Positions 31,401 through 41,519 of a stretch of DNA of 64,000 nucleotides are shown piece by piece. Location: assembly GCA_003555075.1 (NCBI GenBank), contig PWHW01000002.1, positions 96,210-160,209 on the forward strand, in the 5' to 3' direction. Numbering within the stretch: position 1 is the first letter of the stretch; each line of letters starts with the position of its first letter. A program made the position numbers and the translations under genes. The notes under the pieces were generated by a model. The model made no database searches. It saw only the letters and a list, made by a program, of their open reading frames with translations, and was not told where the DNA came from. The DNA comes from Candidatus Nealsonbacteria bacterium (GTDB lineage: Bacteria; Patescibacteriota; Minisyncoccia; Minisyncoccales; PWPS01).

Positions 31401-31448
31401 CCTCACTTTCTTGAATTTTTTGATTTTTGGTGGTATCATTTACCAGCC

Positions 31449-32441
31449 ATGACAGAGATTTTTCTCGTTTTTATTATATTATTTGTCCTTTTTATTATTT
31501 TGCTCTATGTGCGCAAAGCGAACTTAGAAACGGAAAGGCGCCTTACCGATCTTATTTCAAGAGAACTCAAGGACGTCAGGAACGATGTTGATATTGGCTC
31601 CAAAGATCTGAGTGACAGGGTTTCCTCTTTTATAAGAGAAACCTCCGATATAAAGCAAAGAATGGCGAATGTACAAGAGGTGGTAAGGGATATATCGTCC
31701 TTCCAAGAATTCTTTCGTTCTCCAAAGATCAGAGGGCAATGGGGTGAAGCCACCTTAAGACACCTTCTGGGAGAGTATTTTCCGGAGAGTTTATACACTA
31801 TGCAGTATAGGTTTTCTTCGGGAGAAACGGTGGATGCCGTATTAAAGCTTCCGGATAATAATCTTCTTCCCATAGATGCCAAATTTCCCTTTGAAAATTT
31901 CAGAAAAATGATCGAAGCTGAAGGTAAAGAAAGGGAAGAGTTAAGAAAGAAATTCTTGGGAGATGTGAAAAACAGGATTCGCGAGATATCGGATAAATAT
32001 ATTCTCCCCGAAGAGGGGACCGTGGATTTTGCGGTAATGTATGTTCCCGCGGAAGCGGTATATTACGAAATGAACATGATAAGTGGTACCGATATTCCCG
32101 AATTTGCACGTTCCAATAAAGTTATCCTGGCTTCCCCGAATACGTTTTATTTGACTTTGCGAGCGATAGAGCAATGGTTTCGTGACACTCAGATCACAAG
32201 AGAGGCTCACGAGATAATGAAAAGGCTTCGCAAGATCGAGAAAGATGGGGAAAAACTTGATAAGGACTTCAAGAAGCTTGGAAATCATTTAAAGAATACC
32301 GTATCAGCCTACCGATCTTCCAAAAAGAGGATTGTGTTATTTGATAGAAAGGTAAAAGGAATCTTGAAGAATAAACAACTAACCGCCTCGGAAAGAAAAG
32401 AAGAAAATTACCGTGGCAAAAAAAATGATAGCAGTAATTAA
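31449..32441 (+). CDS. rmuC: DNA recombination protein RmuC
   Basis: RGQWGE, PIDAKFP, TVDFAVMYVPAEAVY. Confidence 0.93.
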   Translation: MTEIFLVFIILFVLFIILLYVRKANLETERRLTDLISRELKDVRNDVDIGSKDLSDRVSSFIRETSDIKQRMANVQEVVRDISSFQEFFRSPKIRGQWGEATLRHLLGEYFPESLYTMQYRFSSGETVDAVLKLPDNNLLPIDAKFPFENFRKMIEAEGKEREELRKKFLGDVKNRIREISDKYILPEEGTVDFAVMYVPAEAVYYEMNMISGTDIPEFARSNKVILASPNTFYLTLRAIEQWFRDTQITREAHEIMKRLRKIEKDGEKLDKDFKKLGNHLKNTVSAYRSSKKRIVLFDRKVKGILKNKQLTASERKEENYRGKKNDSSN

Positions 32442-32829
32442 AACAGGAGGAAAACAATATTTGGTTTCTCCGGGAGAGAAGATAAAAGTAGAAAAAATGG
32501 ATGCGGCTCCCGGAGAAAAGGTAAGATTCAGCGAGGTGCTTTTCTTTGAAGACGAAAAAGGGGAATTTTTGCTCGGAACTCCTTACTTAACGGGAGTAAA
32601 AGTTGAGGGAGAGGTTTTGGAAGAAGGTCTTGGAGAGAAGAAGAGGGTGTTCAAATATAAACCCAAGAAAAGATATAAAGTGAAGAAGGGGGCGAGACAA
32701 CCCTTTACCGAAGTCGAGATCAAAGAAATAAAACTTGAAACAAGTAGCTCTAAAAAAGGATCTTCTACAAAAGGTTCTGCAACCAAAAAAAGCTCTTCTT
32801 CCAAAGAGACTTCCAAAAAAGAAAAATAA
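32425..32829 (+). CDS. rplU: 50S ribosomal protein L21 with Ser/Lys-rich tail
   Basis: AVIKTGGKQY, GARQPFT. Confidence 0.96.
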   Translation: MIAVIKTGGKQYLVSPGEKIKVEKMDAAPGEKVRFSEVLFFEDEKGEFLLGTPYLTGVKVEGEVLEEGLGEKKRVFKYKPKKRYKVKKGARQPFTEVEIKEIKLETSSSKKGSSTKGSATKKSSSSKETSKKEK

Positions 32830-32834
32830 AGCTC

Positions 32835-33446
32835 TTACTTTCTTCCTTTAAGAGAGTGGGTGAGAGTGTCTTCGTCGGCGTACTCTAATTCTCCGCCGGT
32901 GGGGAGGCCTCTTCCAAGGCGGGTGTGTTTGATATTCAAAGAGGTCAATATTCGTGACACATAATTTGCGGTAGCTTCTCCTTCCGTGTTCTGGTTGGTT
33001 GCAATGATCACTTCTTTTATTTTTGGTAAGCCATGATCCTTGTGATTCTCTATTCTCTCCTTGAGTTCTTTTGCCCTTATTTTTTTAAAATCCTCTTTTT
33101 TAAGAGGGGATATGGTTCCTCCAAGGATAAAGTAGATACCGTTATATTCGTTGGTCTTTTCTATTGCAAGTAGATCAGCTTCTTTTTCAACTACGCAAAT
33201 GACATCTCTTTCTCTTCCTCTGTTTGCACAAACAGAACAGAACTCTTTTTCTTTTGCAATGGAGCGAAAACATATTTTACAAAAGCTCAAAGAATTTCTT
33301 ACTTCTTGCAGAGCGCTCATTAATTCCTTTATTTCTTTTTCAGGAGCATTGAGGCAGTAGAAAGCAAACCTTGTTGCCGTACGAGGTCCGATAGTAGGGA
33401 ATTTCGAGAAATGGTGTATCAATTTTTCGATTGACGGAGGATACAT
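32835..33446 (-). CDS. recR: Recombination protein RecR
   Basis: PTIGPRTA, C4 zinc finger, Toprim, GLPTGGELEYAD. Confidence 0.97.
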   Translation of the reverse strand: MYPPSIEKLIHHFSKFPTIGPRTATRFAFYCLNAPEKEIKELMSALQEVRNSLSFCKICFRSIAKEKEFCSVCANRGRERDVICVVEKEADLLAIEKTNEYNGIYFILGGTISPLKKEDFKKIRAKELKERIENHKDHGLPKIKEVIIATNQNTEGEATANYVSRILTSLNIKHTRLGRGLPTGGELEYADEDTLTHSLKGRK

Positions 33447-33448
33447 TT

Positions 33449-34795
33449 TTAATAATGTGTCTTATCCAAGTTTCTAAACGTGGCAGTACTTTGATCGAAG
33501 TATAGTTCCGCTTTTCCCACAGGGCCGTTACGATGCTTTGCCACTATTATGTCCGATATATTCTTGCGAGAAGTATCTTCTCGGTAATAATCCTCACGAT
33601 AAATGAACATTACTACGTCCGCATCTTGCTCTATACTTCCACTTTCTCTAAGATCGGCAAGCCTTGGCACTTGAGGAGTTCTTTGCTCTACGGCTCTTGA
33701 GAGTTGCGATAATGCAAGAACGGGTACATTTAATTCTTTTGCCAATGATTTCAACTCTCTTGATATTTCCGTCATTTGCTGAACCAAGGAGTCTCTTTGT
33801 GATCTGGGCTGCATGAGCTGTAAATAATCTACAATGATGAGTCCAAGACCTTTTTCAGACTGAAGCCTTCGTGCCATTGTTCTCATTTGCATTACGTTGA
33901 AAGAAACAGAGTCGTCGATATAAATGGGGAGCTTTGATATTTTTCCAAATGATTCTCTTATTCTTTCAAAATCATTATTCTCCCCTTGTTTTTTAAGATT
34001 TCCTGTGCGCAATTTCCAAAGATCTATTTCCGATATGTCTGCAATGAGCCTATCTACTATTTGATCTATCGACATTTCCAAACTGAATATTCCCACAGGA
34101 GTATCGTGATTAAAGGCAATGTTCTTTGCTATATTGGAAGCAAAAGCACTTTTACCCATGCTTGGTCTTGCGGCGAGGATGACAAGATCCGATTTTTGAA
34201 GCCCCGAAAGAATGTTGTCGAGATCGGAGAATCCGGTGGGAAGACCTCTTGCTGTGCCCTTCTCTTCGGATAGTGCTTCTATTCTTTCAAAAGCATCTTC
34301 CAAGGTATCCTTTATTGCTGAGAAGTTCTTTCTTGAGGATCCTTGGGCTATGCTGAATATTTTCCTTTCCGCTTCATCCAATAAATGATCTACGTCCTTA
34401 CTCTCTTCGTATGCTGAAATACTTATTTCTTGACCGAAATTTATGAGGTCTCGCAATATTCTTTTTTTACAAACTATGTTTGCGTAATCAGCGACGTGGC
34501 TTGCGGTGGGCACGGAATTTACAAGGGAAGTGAGGTAGCTTTTTCCGCCTATGCTATCAAGCAGTTTTCGTTCTTTGAGGTGGGCGGAAACGGAAAGAAG
34601 ATCAATGGCTTCTCTGCGATCCATCAAGCTCACAATGGTCTCGTATATATCCTGGTGAGCTTTTTTATAGAAATCTTTCGGAGCAAGAAAATCGACCACT
34701 TTAAAGATCGCTTCCGGGTCAAGCATCAATGACCCGAGAAGTGATTGTTCAGCTTCTATATTTTGAGGAGGTATTCTTTCGGTATTATTTGTCAT
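33449..34795 (-). CDS. dnaB: Replicative DNA helicase
   Basis: PPQNIEAEQ, AARPSMGKS, DYLQL, DLRESGSIEQDAD. Confidence 0.98.
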   Translation of the reverse strand: MTNNTERIPPQNIEAEQSLLGSLMLDPEAIFKVVDFLAPKDFYKKAHQDIYETIVSLMDRREAIDLLSVSAHLKERKLLDSIGGKSYLTSLVNSVPTASHVADYANIVCKKRILRDLINFGQEISISAYEESKDVDHLLDEAERKIFSIAQGSSRKNFSAIKDTLEDAFERIEALSEEKGTARGLPTGFSDLDNILSGLQKSDLVILAARPSMGKSAFASNIAKNIAFNHDTPVGIFSLEMSIDQIVDRLIADISEIDLWKLRTGNLKKQGENNDFERIRESFGKISKLPIYIDDSVSFNVMQMRTMARRLQSEKGLGLIIVDYLQLMQPRSQRDSLVQQMTEISRELKSLAKELNVPVLALSQLSRAVEQRTPQVPRLADLRESGSIEQDADVVMFIYREDYYREDTSRKNISDIIVAKHRNGPVGKAELYFDQSTATFRNLDKTHY

Positions 34796-36149
34796 ATTTT
34801 CTAATTTTATAACTTTCCTTGGTATCTTCAATATAATATCCCATTTTTTCCAGTTTGCTTCTTATTTCATCTGCTTTCTCAAAATCCTTATTTTCTCGAT
34901 ACTTTTCTCTTTTTTCAGCCAATTCTTTTACTTCTTCGGGAGTTTCTTCGGTGGCTTTGCTCGAAAGCGAAAGTCCAAGAACATTATCAAAGTCCGTAAC
35001 GGTACTCTTTTTATCATTTTCTTTTTCATTCTTATCTTTTATTAAATTCCAAAGGACCTCCAGGGCTTTCGGGGCATTGAGGTCGTCGTTCATTGCTTCC
35101 AAGAATTGTTTTTTGTACTTTTCTATCACTTTTCCTTCCTCGTGTCCCAAGTCAAGAAATCTTTCTCTTAGTTTATTAAGAGAGTTTTGTGCTCCGCTCA
35201 ATGCTTCCGTGGAAAAGTTCAATTTTGAGCGATAATGGGCATTGAGAGTTAAATATCTGTAAGCGAGGGGGTCAAAACCTTCTTCTTTCAATCTAGAGAG
35301 AGTAACGATTCCGCCTTTTGATTTTGACATTTTTTCGTCCTTAAGATTCAAGAATTCTCCGTGCATCCAAAACCTTGCCAAATTTTCACCGAAAGCTGCT
35401 TCTGACTGTGCTATCTCGTTTGGATGATGTATCTCTACGTGATCTATTCCTCCACAATGGATATCAAAAGGAACTCCGAGATATTTTTTGGCCATTACCA
35501 CACACTCTGTATGCCATCCCGGAAAACCGACTCCCCACGGGGAATTCCATTCCATCTGTCTCTTTTCTTCTGGTTTTGAGAACTTCCAGAGAGCAAAATC
35601 CGTGATATTCTTCTTTCCTTTTATATCTACTCTTTTTCCTGCTTCTATATCGGCCAAATTGGTCAGTTTTCCGTACCCTTCCAGCTTTGAGGTGTCAAAA
35701 TATATACCGTCCTCTATTTGATAAGTAAACCCCTTTTTTTCCAGTATTTCTATTAATTCTATCTGCTCTTCTATTGTCTCGGTGGCTTTAACGTATACAC
35801 CAGGGCTTCCAATGTTAAGGTCCTCAATATCATTTTTGAATGCTTTCGTGTAGTATTCGGCGATCTCCCAAGCAGTTTTCTTCTTTTCTTTGGCACTTTT
35901 TTCTATTTTATCCTCTCCGCTATCTTCGTCCGAAGTAAGGTGTCCCACATCGGTTATGTTCATTACATGCTTTACTCGATAATGATTATAAATGAGTGTT
36001 CTTTTGAGGATATCTTCAAAAAGGTAGGTTCTTAAATTTCCTATATGAACATAGTCGTAAACGGTGGGGCCGCAAGTATAAAGCCCCACCTCTTTCTTTA
36101 GGGGGCTGAATACTTCTTTTTTTCTGGTGAGCGAGTTATACAGTTTCAT
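34785..36149 (-). CDS. cysS: Cysteine--tRNA ligase
   Basis: YTCGPTVY..HIGN, PGWHTEC, KMSKS. Confidence 0.98.
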   Translation of the reverse strand: MKLYNSLTRKKEVFSPLKKEVGLYTCGPTVYDYVHIGNLRTYLFEDILKRTLIYNHYRVKHVMNITDVGHLTSDEDSGEDKIEKSAKEKKKTAWEIAEYYTKAFKNDIEDLNIGSPGVYVKATETIEEQIELIEILEKKGFTYQIEDGIYFDTSKLEGYGKLTNLADIEAGKRVDIKGKKNITDFALWKFSKPEEKRQMEWNSPWGVGFPGWHTECVVMAKKYLGVPFDIHCGGIDHVEIHHPNEIAQSEAAFGENLARFWMHGEFLNLKDEKMSKSKGGIVTLSRLKEEGFDPLAYRYLTLNAHYRSKLNFSTEALSGAQNSLNKLRERFLDLGHEEGKVIEKYKKQFLEAMNDDLNAPKALEVLWNLIKDKNEKENDKKSTVTDFDNVLGLSLSSKATEETPEEVKELAEKREKYRENKDFEKADEIRSKLEKMGYYIEDTKESYKIRKYDK

Positions 36150-36214
36150 GGCAACTTAAATCTAGCACAAAAAAATCTTTCTTTCTACCTCTTTTTATTG
36201 TAGAATGGCTAAGT

Positions 36215-36793
36215 ATGATAGAGGGACTTTTAGTGATGCTTCTCGCCATGACACCCGTGGTGGGAATAAGGGGAGCTCTTCCGATGGCGATAATGGGATA
36301 CGAAATGGAAGTGCTTCCCGCATACTTTTTTTCTGTGATGGGGGAGTTCATACCCGTCTTTTTCATTTTGGCACTTCTTGGAATAATTTCCGAGTGGCTT
36401 TCCGCGAACTTTTCATTTTTTAATCGATTTTTCAACTTTCTTTTTAAGAAGACCAGAAGGGATTATGACGGTAGAGTGGGGAAGTACGGACTTTTTGCTC
36501 TTTTCCTGTATACCGCTATTCCCGTTCCTTTCTCCGGAGCATGGACCGCCTCTTTAGTGGTCTTTCTTTTCGGGCTTCCTTATTTAAGGTCAATAATTTC
36601 CATATTTTTTGGTATACTTTTTGCAGGTATCAATGTTCTCATTATAATGGAGATGGGAAAGAGCATAGAAGAGTATCATGGTATCACCACCTTAATCGGG
36701 TTGGCCCTACTTGCAGGGCTGGTATATTTCCTTTATCATCGCAAAAGAAAAAATAAGAGAATTCAAAACAATGTCCAATCTGGTAATTTATAG
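36215..36793 (+). CDS. Small multidrug export family membrane protein
   Basis: P..GIRGALP, AIPVPFSGAWTA. Confidence 0.8.
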   Translation: MIEGLLVMLLAMTPVVGIRGALPMAIMGYEMEVLPAYFFSVMGEFIPVFFILALLGIISEWLSANFSFFNRFFNFLFKKTRRDYDGRVGKYGLFALFLYTAIPVPFSGAWTASLVVFLFGLPYLRSIISIFFGILFAGINVLIIMEMGKSIEEYHGITTLIGLALLAGLVYFLYHRKRKNKRIQNNVQSGNL

Positions 36794-37913
36794 AAAATAT
36801 AGGCCGCAAAGGTTTTCGGAAGTAGTAGGGCAGGATCATATTACCTCTACGCTCCTCAATGCCATTTCACATGGGCGAATATCACACGCTTACCTTTTTT
36901 GCGGGCCGAAGGGTTCCGGGAAGACCACTGTAGCGCGCCTTCTTGCAAAAGCGGCGAATTGTGAAAACAAGAACGACCCCGAACCTTGCAATGAATGTGC
37001 TTCATGTAGAGAAATAGCGGAGAATAAGGCCATGGATATCGTGGAGATAGACGCTGCTTCTCATCGAGGCATTGATGAGATAAGAGAGTTACGAGAGGGT
37101 GTCCGTTTTTCTCCGGCAAAAAGCTCATACAAGATTTTTATTTTAGATGAAGCTCACCAGCTTACCTCGGGAGCGGCAAATGCTCTCTTGAAGATGCTTG
37201 AAGAAGCTCCTTCGCATGCTATTTTTATTTTGGCCACCACTGAACCTCAAAAAATGATTCCTACCATCATATCCCGTTGTCAGCGATTTGATTTCCGGAA
37301 AATACTTATTCCCGAAATGGTGAAGAGGCTTGAATGGATCATTAAAAACGAGGGAAATAAAGTGGAAGACGGTGTTTTACAAATGATAGCTTCCGCCGCA
37401 GGAGGTTCTCTTCGTGACGGAGAAAGTGTATTAACGCAAGTTCTTTCTTTTACTCCTGAGAAAGGAATTGTCAAAAAAGAGGACGTAAAAAGTCTCCTTG
37501 GAATTGTAGAAAGAGAGATGGTGGGTGATTTTATGGATTTTATATTAAAAGATAAGCCCATTGATGCCATCAATCTGATGGAAGATGTCTTCTCCAGGGG
37601 AACGGATGTGGAGGCATTTTACGAGAATCTGATGCATTATCTAAGGGAGATGATGGTACTAAAGATCGTAGCGAATACGAAAGAAAAAGAGGGGAGTCAT
37701 TCGTTGAAAGAAACTTTTCTTGTAAGATTGACGGAGGAAGAGATAGAAAGAATAAAGGAGCAAATAAAAGATATTGAGAGGGATGATATAAAGATGATCA
37801 TAGACTCTTTCTTTGGAGCGGGGGATAGAATAAAATACTCTCCCATACCCCAGCTTCCTCTTGAGGTTTCGGTGGCGGAAACAACGGAGACCTTGAGAAA
37901 AAAGGCCCAATAA
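36771..37913 (+). CDS. dnaX: DNA polymerase III subunit gamma/tau
   Basis: YRKYRP, GPKGSGKT, EIDAAS, DEAH, SRCQ. Confidence 0.97.
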   Translation: MSNLVIYRKYRPQRFSEVVGQDHITSTLLNAISHGRISHAYLFCGPKGSGKTTVARLLAKAANCENKNDPEPCNECASCREIAENKAMDIVEIDAASHRGIDEIRELREGVRFSPAKSSYKIFILDEAHQLTSGAANALLKMLEEAPSHAIFILATTEPQKMIPTIISRCQRFDFRKILIPEMVKRLEWIIKNEGNKVEDGVLQMIASAAGGSLRDGESVLTQVLSFTPEKGIVKKEDVKSLLGIVEREMVGDFMDFILKDKPIDAINLMEDVFSRGTDVEAFYENLMHYLREMMVLKIVANTKEKEGSHSLKETFLVRLTEEEIERIKEQIKDIERDDIKMIIDSFFGAGDRIKYSPIPQLPLEVSVAETTETLRKKAQ

Positions 37914-37953
37914 GTTATAATAAGTACCGCTTTGAACCTTTTGCAAAATTTTT

Positions 37954-38027
37954 TGCCGGGTCGTCTAATGGTAGGACGACGGGTTTTGGTCCCGTTAGTC
38001 GAGGTTCGAGTCCTCGCCCGGCAGCCA
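37954..38027 (+). tRNA. tRNA-Gln(TTG), CCA encoded
   Basis: TGCCGGG/CCCGGCA acceptor, ACGGG-TTTTGGT-CCCGT anticodon arm. Confidence 0.95.
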
Positions 38028-38030
38028 CGC

Positions 38031-38134
38031 ACCAGTCGGTGCATGGCTTCGCAAGAAGACATGGAAAGACTGGTAAGTGAGGGGTGTACCGAGAGATGAA
38101 CCGTATGGTTCGTCTCGTCTGGTACGTCCCCACT
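38031..38134 (+). other. Two long GC-rich hairpins between tRNA-Gln and GIY-YIG gene
   Basis: ACCAGTC/GACTGGT with inner CTTC-GCAA-GAAG; GAGATGAACC-GTAT-GGTTCGTCTC inside GGGG..GTACC/GGTAC..CCCC. Confidence 0.6.
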
Positions 38135-38159
38135 AACACTGTAGAAATTTCGTTTTGAT

Positions 38160-38417
38160 ATGAAATTTTACTATGTATATATTCTAAGGAGTCTAAAGAA
38201 AGATTTTTTATATGTTGGACTAACTGAGAACTTGAAAAGAAGGTTCAAAGAGCATGATAATCAAGAAGAACTTTCCACCAAACATTTTGCGCCTTTCGAG
38301 CTTGTTCACTATGAGGCTTATAAAAACAAGAAAGATGCAGAGAGGAGAGAGCAGTATTTGAAAACGACTAAAGGGAAAACTACTTTAAGATACATGCTCC
38401 AAAACCACCTCTCCTAA
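38160..38417 (+). CDS. Stand-alone small GIY-YIG nuclease
   Basis: YYVYIL...LYVGLT..LKRR..EH, YEAY...A..RE.YLK. Confidence 0.9.
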   Translation: MKFYYVYILRSLKKDFLYVGLTENLKRRFKEHDNQEELSTKHFAPFELVHYEAYKNKKDAERREQYLKTTKGKTTLRYMLQNHLS

Positions 38418-38531
38418 AAAATAATACCAGTGACCGATACCCCTAAAGCCCTGAGATTTTTCTCAGGGTTTTTTTATTTTTTTTATGACTGTTTTGTTAT
38501 ATAATTTGCATCAAAAAGGAGGTGATTATGA

Positions 38532-39869
38532 GTGGATAGCAGTGTTCTTTTGAAAAAATTAAATGGGTTAATAATTAGCTGTGCTAAAAGGTTCTTTATT
38601 GATGGATTGGACTTTGAAGACATGATACAGATTGGAAGAGTGGCAGCATGGAAAGGTATAGAAGATCATGAAATCACAGAAGACAACTACAAAAAGTATT
38701 TACCTCTTTTGAAAACCTATATCGTAAATGCACTTAAGACAGAATTGAAAAGAACGAAGGCAAAAAAGAGGATAAATCTTTCAGAATCAGTAAGAATTGA
38801 TGCTCCTGTCAGTTTTGAAAATGAAAGAAAGCTTCATGAACTTATAGAAGATAAAAAAAGCAGTGAAGATTTTTTTGAAAAAGAAAGGCAACAGAAGTTT
38901 CTAATGCAGCTCAAGGATCATGCTCTCAAAGAGAGGTCTCGGAAAAGCATAAAAGCTGTTGTTTGGTTTTTAGTGCATATTCTTGATATCAGAAAAGAAG
39001 AAATACCCAGAAAAATTTCATTTGAAATTTTTTACAAATTCGGTCTTCAATATTATTTATGGGTATTCTTTAACAACTCTCCTTACAGAGCTATTAACTA
39101 TGCTTATCCTGGTCAATTCTCTCCCTATGAAATGCTGAGAGTTCCAAATGGTTATTGGGGATCTGAGGGGAAAGCAGGATGGGGTAGGCGTAGGGCCATT
39201 AAAGCATTAAAAAAAGCATTGGAAAGTACCGGATATCCTCCGGAGCCCTATCCTAAAATAGCCAGCTATAGATTTTTTGTCGAAATGCGGCTTACTGCTC
39301 CCCTAAATAAGTTTTTCGGATGGAGTCAATATGCTTATTTGGACGCAGCTTTTCCCGGGAAGTATAAACCATGGGAAATGAACTTTTCTCCCAAAGGTTT
39401 CTTTGAAAAGAGAGAGAATATTGTCTCTGCCGTCAAATGGATGGTCGAGGAAAAAATGAACATCCCAATGGAGGAGCTAACAGTTTACGAGGTTTGGGAG
39501 ATGAGGATCGATAAGAAAATCACCAAAGAAATTTTTTCTTTCTATGGATTAAGAGAGGTTCTTGCTCGGTACAACAATTCTCCCGGAAAGGTGCTAAAAG
39601 ATGTTTATCCGGAAAAATTTTTACCATGGAGCTTTCCTTGTAAAGAAAAATGGAAAGGGGAAGAAGGGAAAAGATTGGCAGCACAAGCTACAAAATGGGT
39701 GATAGAGGAGTATGCGGGAATATCTCCATTGTCTTCTGAAATCGGGTATCGTTTTTTTACAGAGAATGGGCTCCATGGAATGATAACTAGCAGAAGTCTT
39801 GGCTTTAACTCATCTCCAAAGGCAGCATTGATCAATGCATATCCACATCTTAAAAGCTCTTTTGACTAA
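38532..39869 (+). CDS. SigH-like region-2 domain fused to DUF4046-like repeats
   Basis: GLDFEDMIQIG..AAWKGI, SVRIDAPV; repeats SPYRAINYAYPG, YLDAAFPGKYKPWE, SPGKVLKDVYPE, SPKAALINAYP. Confidence 0.6.
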   Translation: MDSSVLLKKLNGLIISCAKRFFIDGLDFEDMIQIGRVAAWKGIEDHEITEDNYKKYLPLLKTYIVNALKTELKRTKAKKRINLSESVRIDAPVSFENERKLHELIEDKKSSEDFFEKERQQKFLMQLKDHALKERSRKSIKAVVWFLVHILDIRKEEIPRKISFEIFYKFGLQYYLWVFFNNSPYRAINYAYPGQFSPYEMLRVPNGYWGSEGKAGWGRRRAIKALKKALESTGYPPEPYPKIASYRFFVEMRLTAPLNKFFGWSQYAYLDAAFPGKYKPWEMNFSPKGFFEKRENIVSAVKWMVEEKMNIPMEELTVYEVWEMRIDKKITKEIFSFYGLREVLARYNNSPGKVLKDVYPEKFLPWSFPCKEKWKGEEGKRLAAQATKWVIEEYAGISPLSSEIGYRFFTENGLHGMITSRSLGFNSSPKAALINAYPHLKSSFD

Positions 39870-40026
39870 CAAAAGAGCTTTTTTATAGTTGTGCCCAGTT
39901 AAAGAGAGGCACCGAAGACCGCCTTAACATATTGAAAAAATAATAAATTTATTGTATAAAAAAGTAGGTGTGTGAGGTTTTAAACCTTGTTCTTTTGAAA
40001 TTTTATAAGAAAAGGAGGTGTAAGGG

Positions 40027-40863
40027 TTGCTTTATTATGTAAGGAAATGGATTGGTCGTTTGGATATTTTCATCTGGATAGCGGTTTTGATCTTTTTCCT
40101 TTCTTTCTCTTTTGTAAAAGAAAGGGGAGATTTCATGATGACGGTGGTTGCTTCTCTTGGAGTTATACTGGTAATGCTTTTTGTGGGAATATCGATAGAA
40201 GTTATTATCGATGTTCTCCGGAATGTAAGGGGGCTTGGCACCATTCTCGGTTTTCTTACCAATGGACCTGAGACGGTAGTGTTAATAGCGGGTGTAATGG
40301 CAGGTGACGCACTGTTTGGAAGCAGTACTCCTTTGGGATCAAGTGTGATCAATCCGATAATGCTTTTTGCGGCAGCGCTTGTTACCGGAATGACGATTAA
40401 GCTATTAAAAGCGAAAAGTATCTATGGGATGCTTTGTATCATCTTTACCATTGGCGTTTCCCTGTTGTTTTACCTTCTTCCGGAAAAGAATTATCTTACG
40501 TGGGCACTTGTTGCGCTCTTTATAACCTCCTTCTTTTTTCTTGTAAGACCAAGAGAGCAAAAGAAGAGGGATGACCCTTCGGATACTCCGTTTTGGTTCA
40601 TTGTTCCGGCAACTGCTTTGCTTTTTATTGCCGGGTATTATCTTGATCCGGCGGTTGAATTTGCCAGGCAAGTTTCAGGAGTACCAAAAAATCTTATAGG
40701 ATTTTTAGTGCTTGCGACTCTTTCCAGCTTTCCGGAATTCAAAAGCTGTTTGGTTCTTTTTAGGGAGGGACAAGTAAAATCCGCCAGCATCAATATATTT
40801 GTCAGTAATATTACTAACATTTGGCTGGCGATCATAGGGGTGGTAATTTATCTCTTGATTTAA
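40027..40863 (+). CDS. Second Na+/Ca2+ exchanger-like membrane protein
   Basis: TNGPE...PLGS and SSFPE...SNITN alpha repeats. Confidence 0.7.
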   Translation: MLYYVRKWIGRLDIFIWIAVLIFFLSFSFVKERGDFMMTVVASLGVILVMLFVGISIEVIIDVLRNVRGLGTILGFLTNGPETVVLIAGVMAGDALFGSSTPLGSSVINPIMLFAAALVTGMTIKLLKAKSIYGMLCIIFTIGVSLLFYLLPEKNYLTWALVALFITSFFFLVRPREQKKRDDPSDTPFWFIVPATALLFIAGYYLDPAVEFARQVSGVPKNLIGFLVLATLSSFPEFKSCLVLFREGQVKSASINIFVSNITNIWLAIIGVVIYLLI

Positions 40864-40971
40864 AAAAGGGGAGTGTATTGGTTATTTATACTCCCCGTTT
40901 TTATTTTAATTGTGAAAAGATCTTAAACAGGCTATTATCTATATAAACTTTAAAAACTAAAATAAAATACT

Positions 40972-41346
40972 GTGAAAAAGCAAACACCGTTATCAATAGG
41001 GGTCTTAATAATAGTTTTTCTCTCTGTAATAGCAATCGCTTCTTTTTTTTATTTTCATGATGTTAAGGATGATAATTGCAAGAAAATGAAGGAAGATTTA
41101 CGACTTTATGTAGAGAATAAGAATTTCTGCAATGATGTTTCCGAGTGTCAAATAGTGCAATTGATTGATTGTGATTTTGGGTTGGCCGGGGACGAGATAG
41201 ATCGGGATCATATTGAAGAAGTTTTTTCTGAATTCTACTCTCCCGAAGGGGAGTGCTGGACAGGGGAGATACCCGAATGCGAGGATCCCAAAAAAGGAAA
41301 GATTATAGCCTGCAAAAATAATAAATGTGTCTTTGAGGCTCAATAA
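40972..41346 (+). CDS. Membrane-anchored Cys-rich protein
   Basis: N-terminal TM; 8 Cys in small extracellular domain. Confidence 0.65.
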   Translation: MKKQTPLSIGVLIIVFLSVIAIASFFYFHDVKDDNCKKMKEDLRLYVENKNFCNDVSECQIVQLIDCDFGLAGDEIDRDHIEEVFSEFYSPEGECWTGEIPECEDPKKGKIIACKNNKCVFEAQ

Positions 41347-41412
41347 CTTCAGCAAGGGTAAAGGAGATCTTTTTGCATATAACGAACTCTCAGTGAACTA
41401 AAAATTTTTCAG

Positions 41413-41442
41413 TTGACAATTGAAGCAATTTTTTTGTATAAT
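41413..41442 (+). promoter_or_regulatory. Sigma70 promoter of the deacetylase-sortase operon
   Basis: TTGACA-18-TATAAT. Confidence 0.65.
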
Positions 41443-41519
41443 AAAAGTATTATAAACACGAGAACTCTCGTATATTAGGGTGTTCCTTTAAAAATTAAAG
41501 ATATTAGGAGGTGAAAGGA

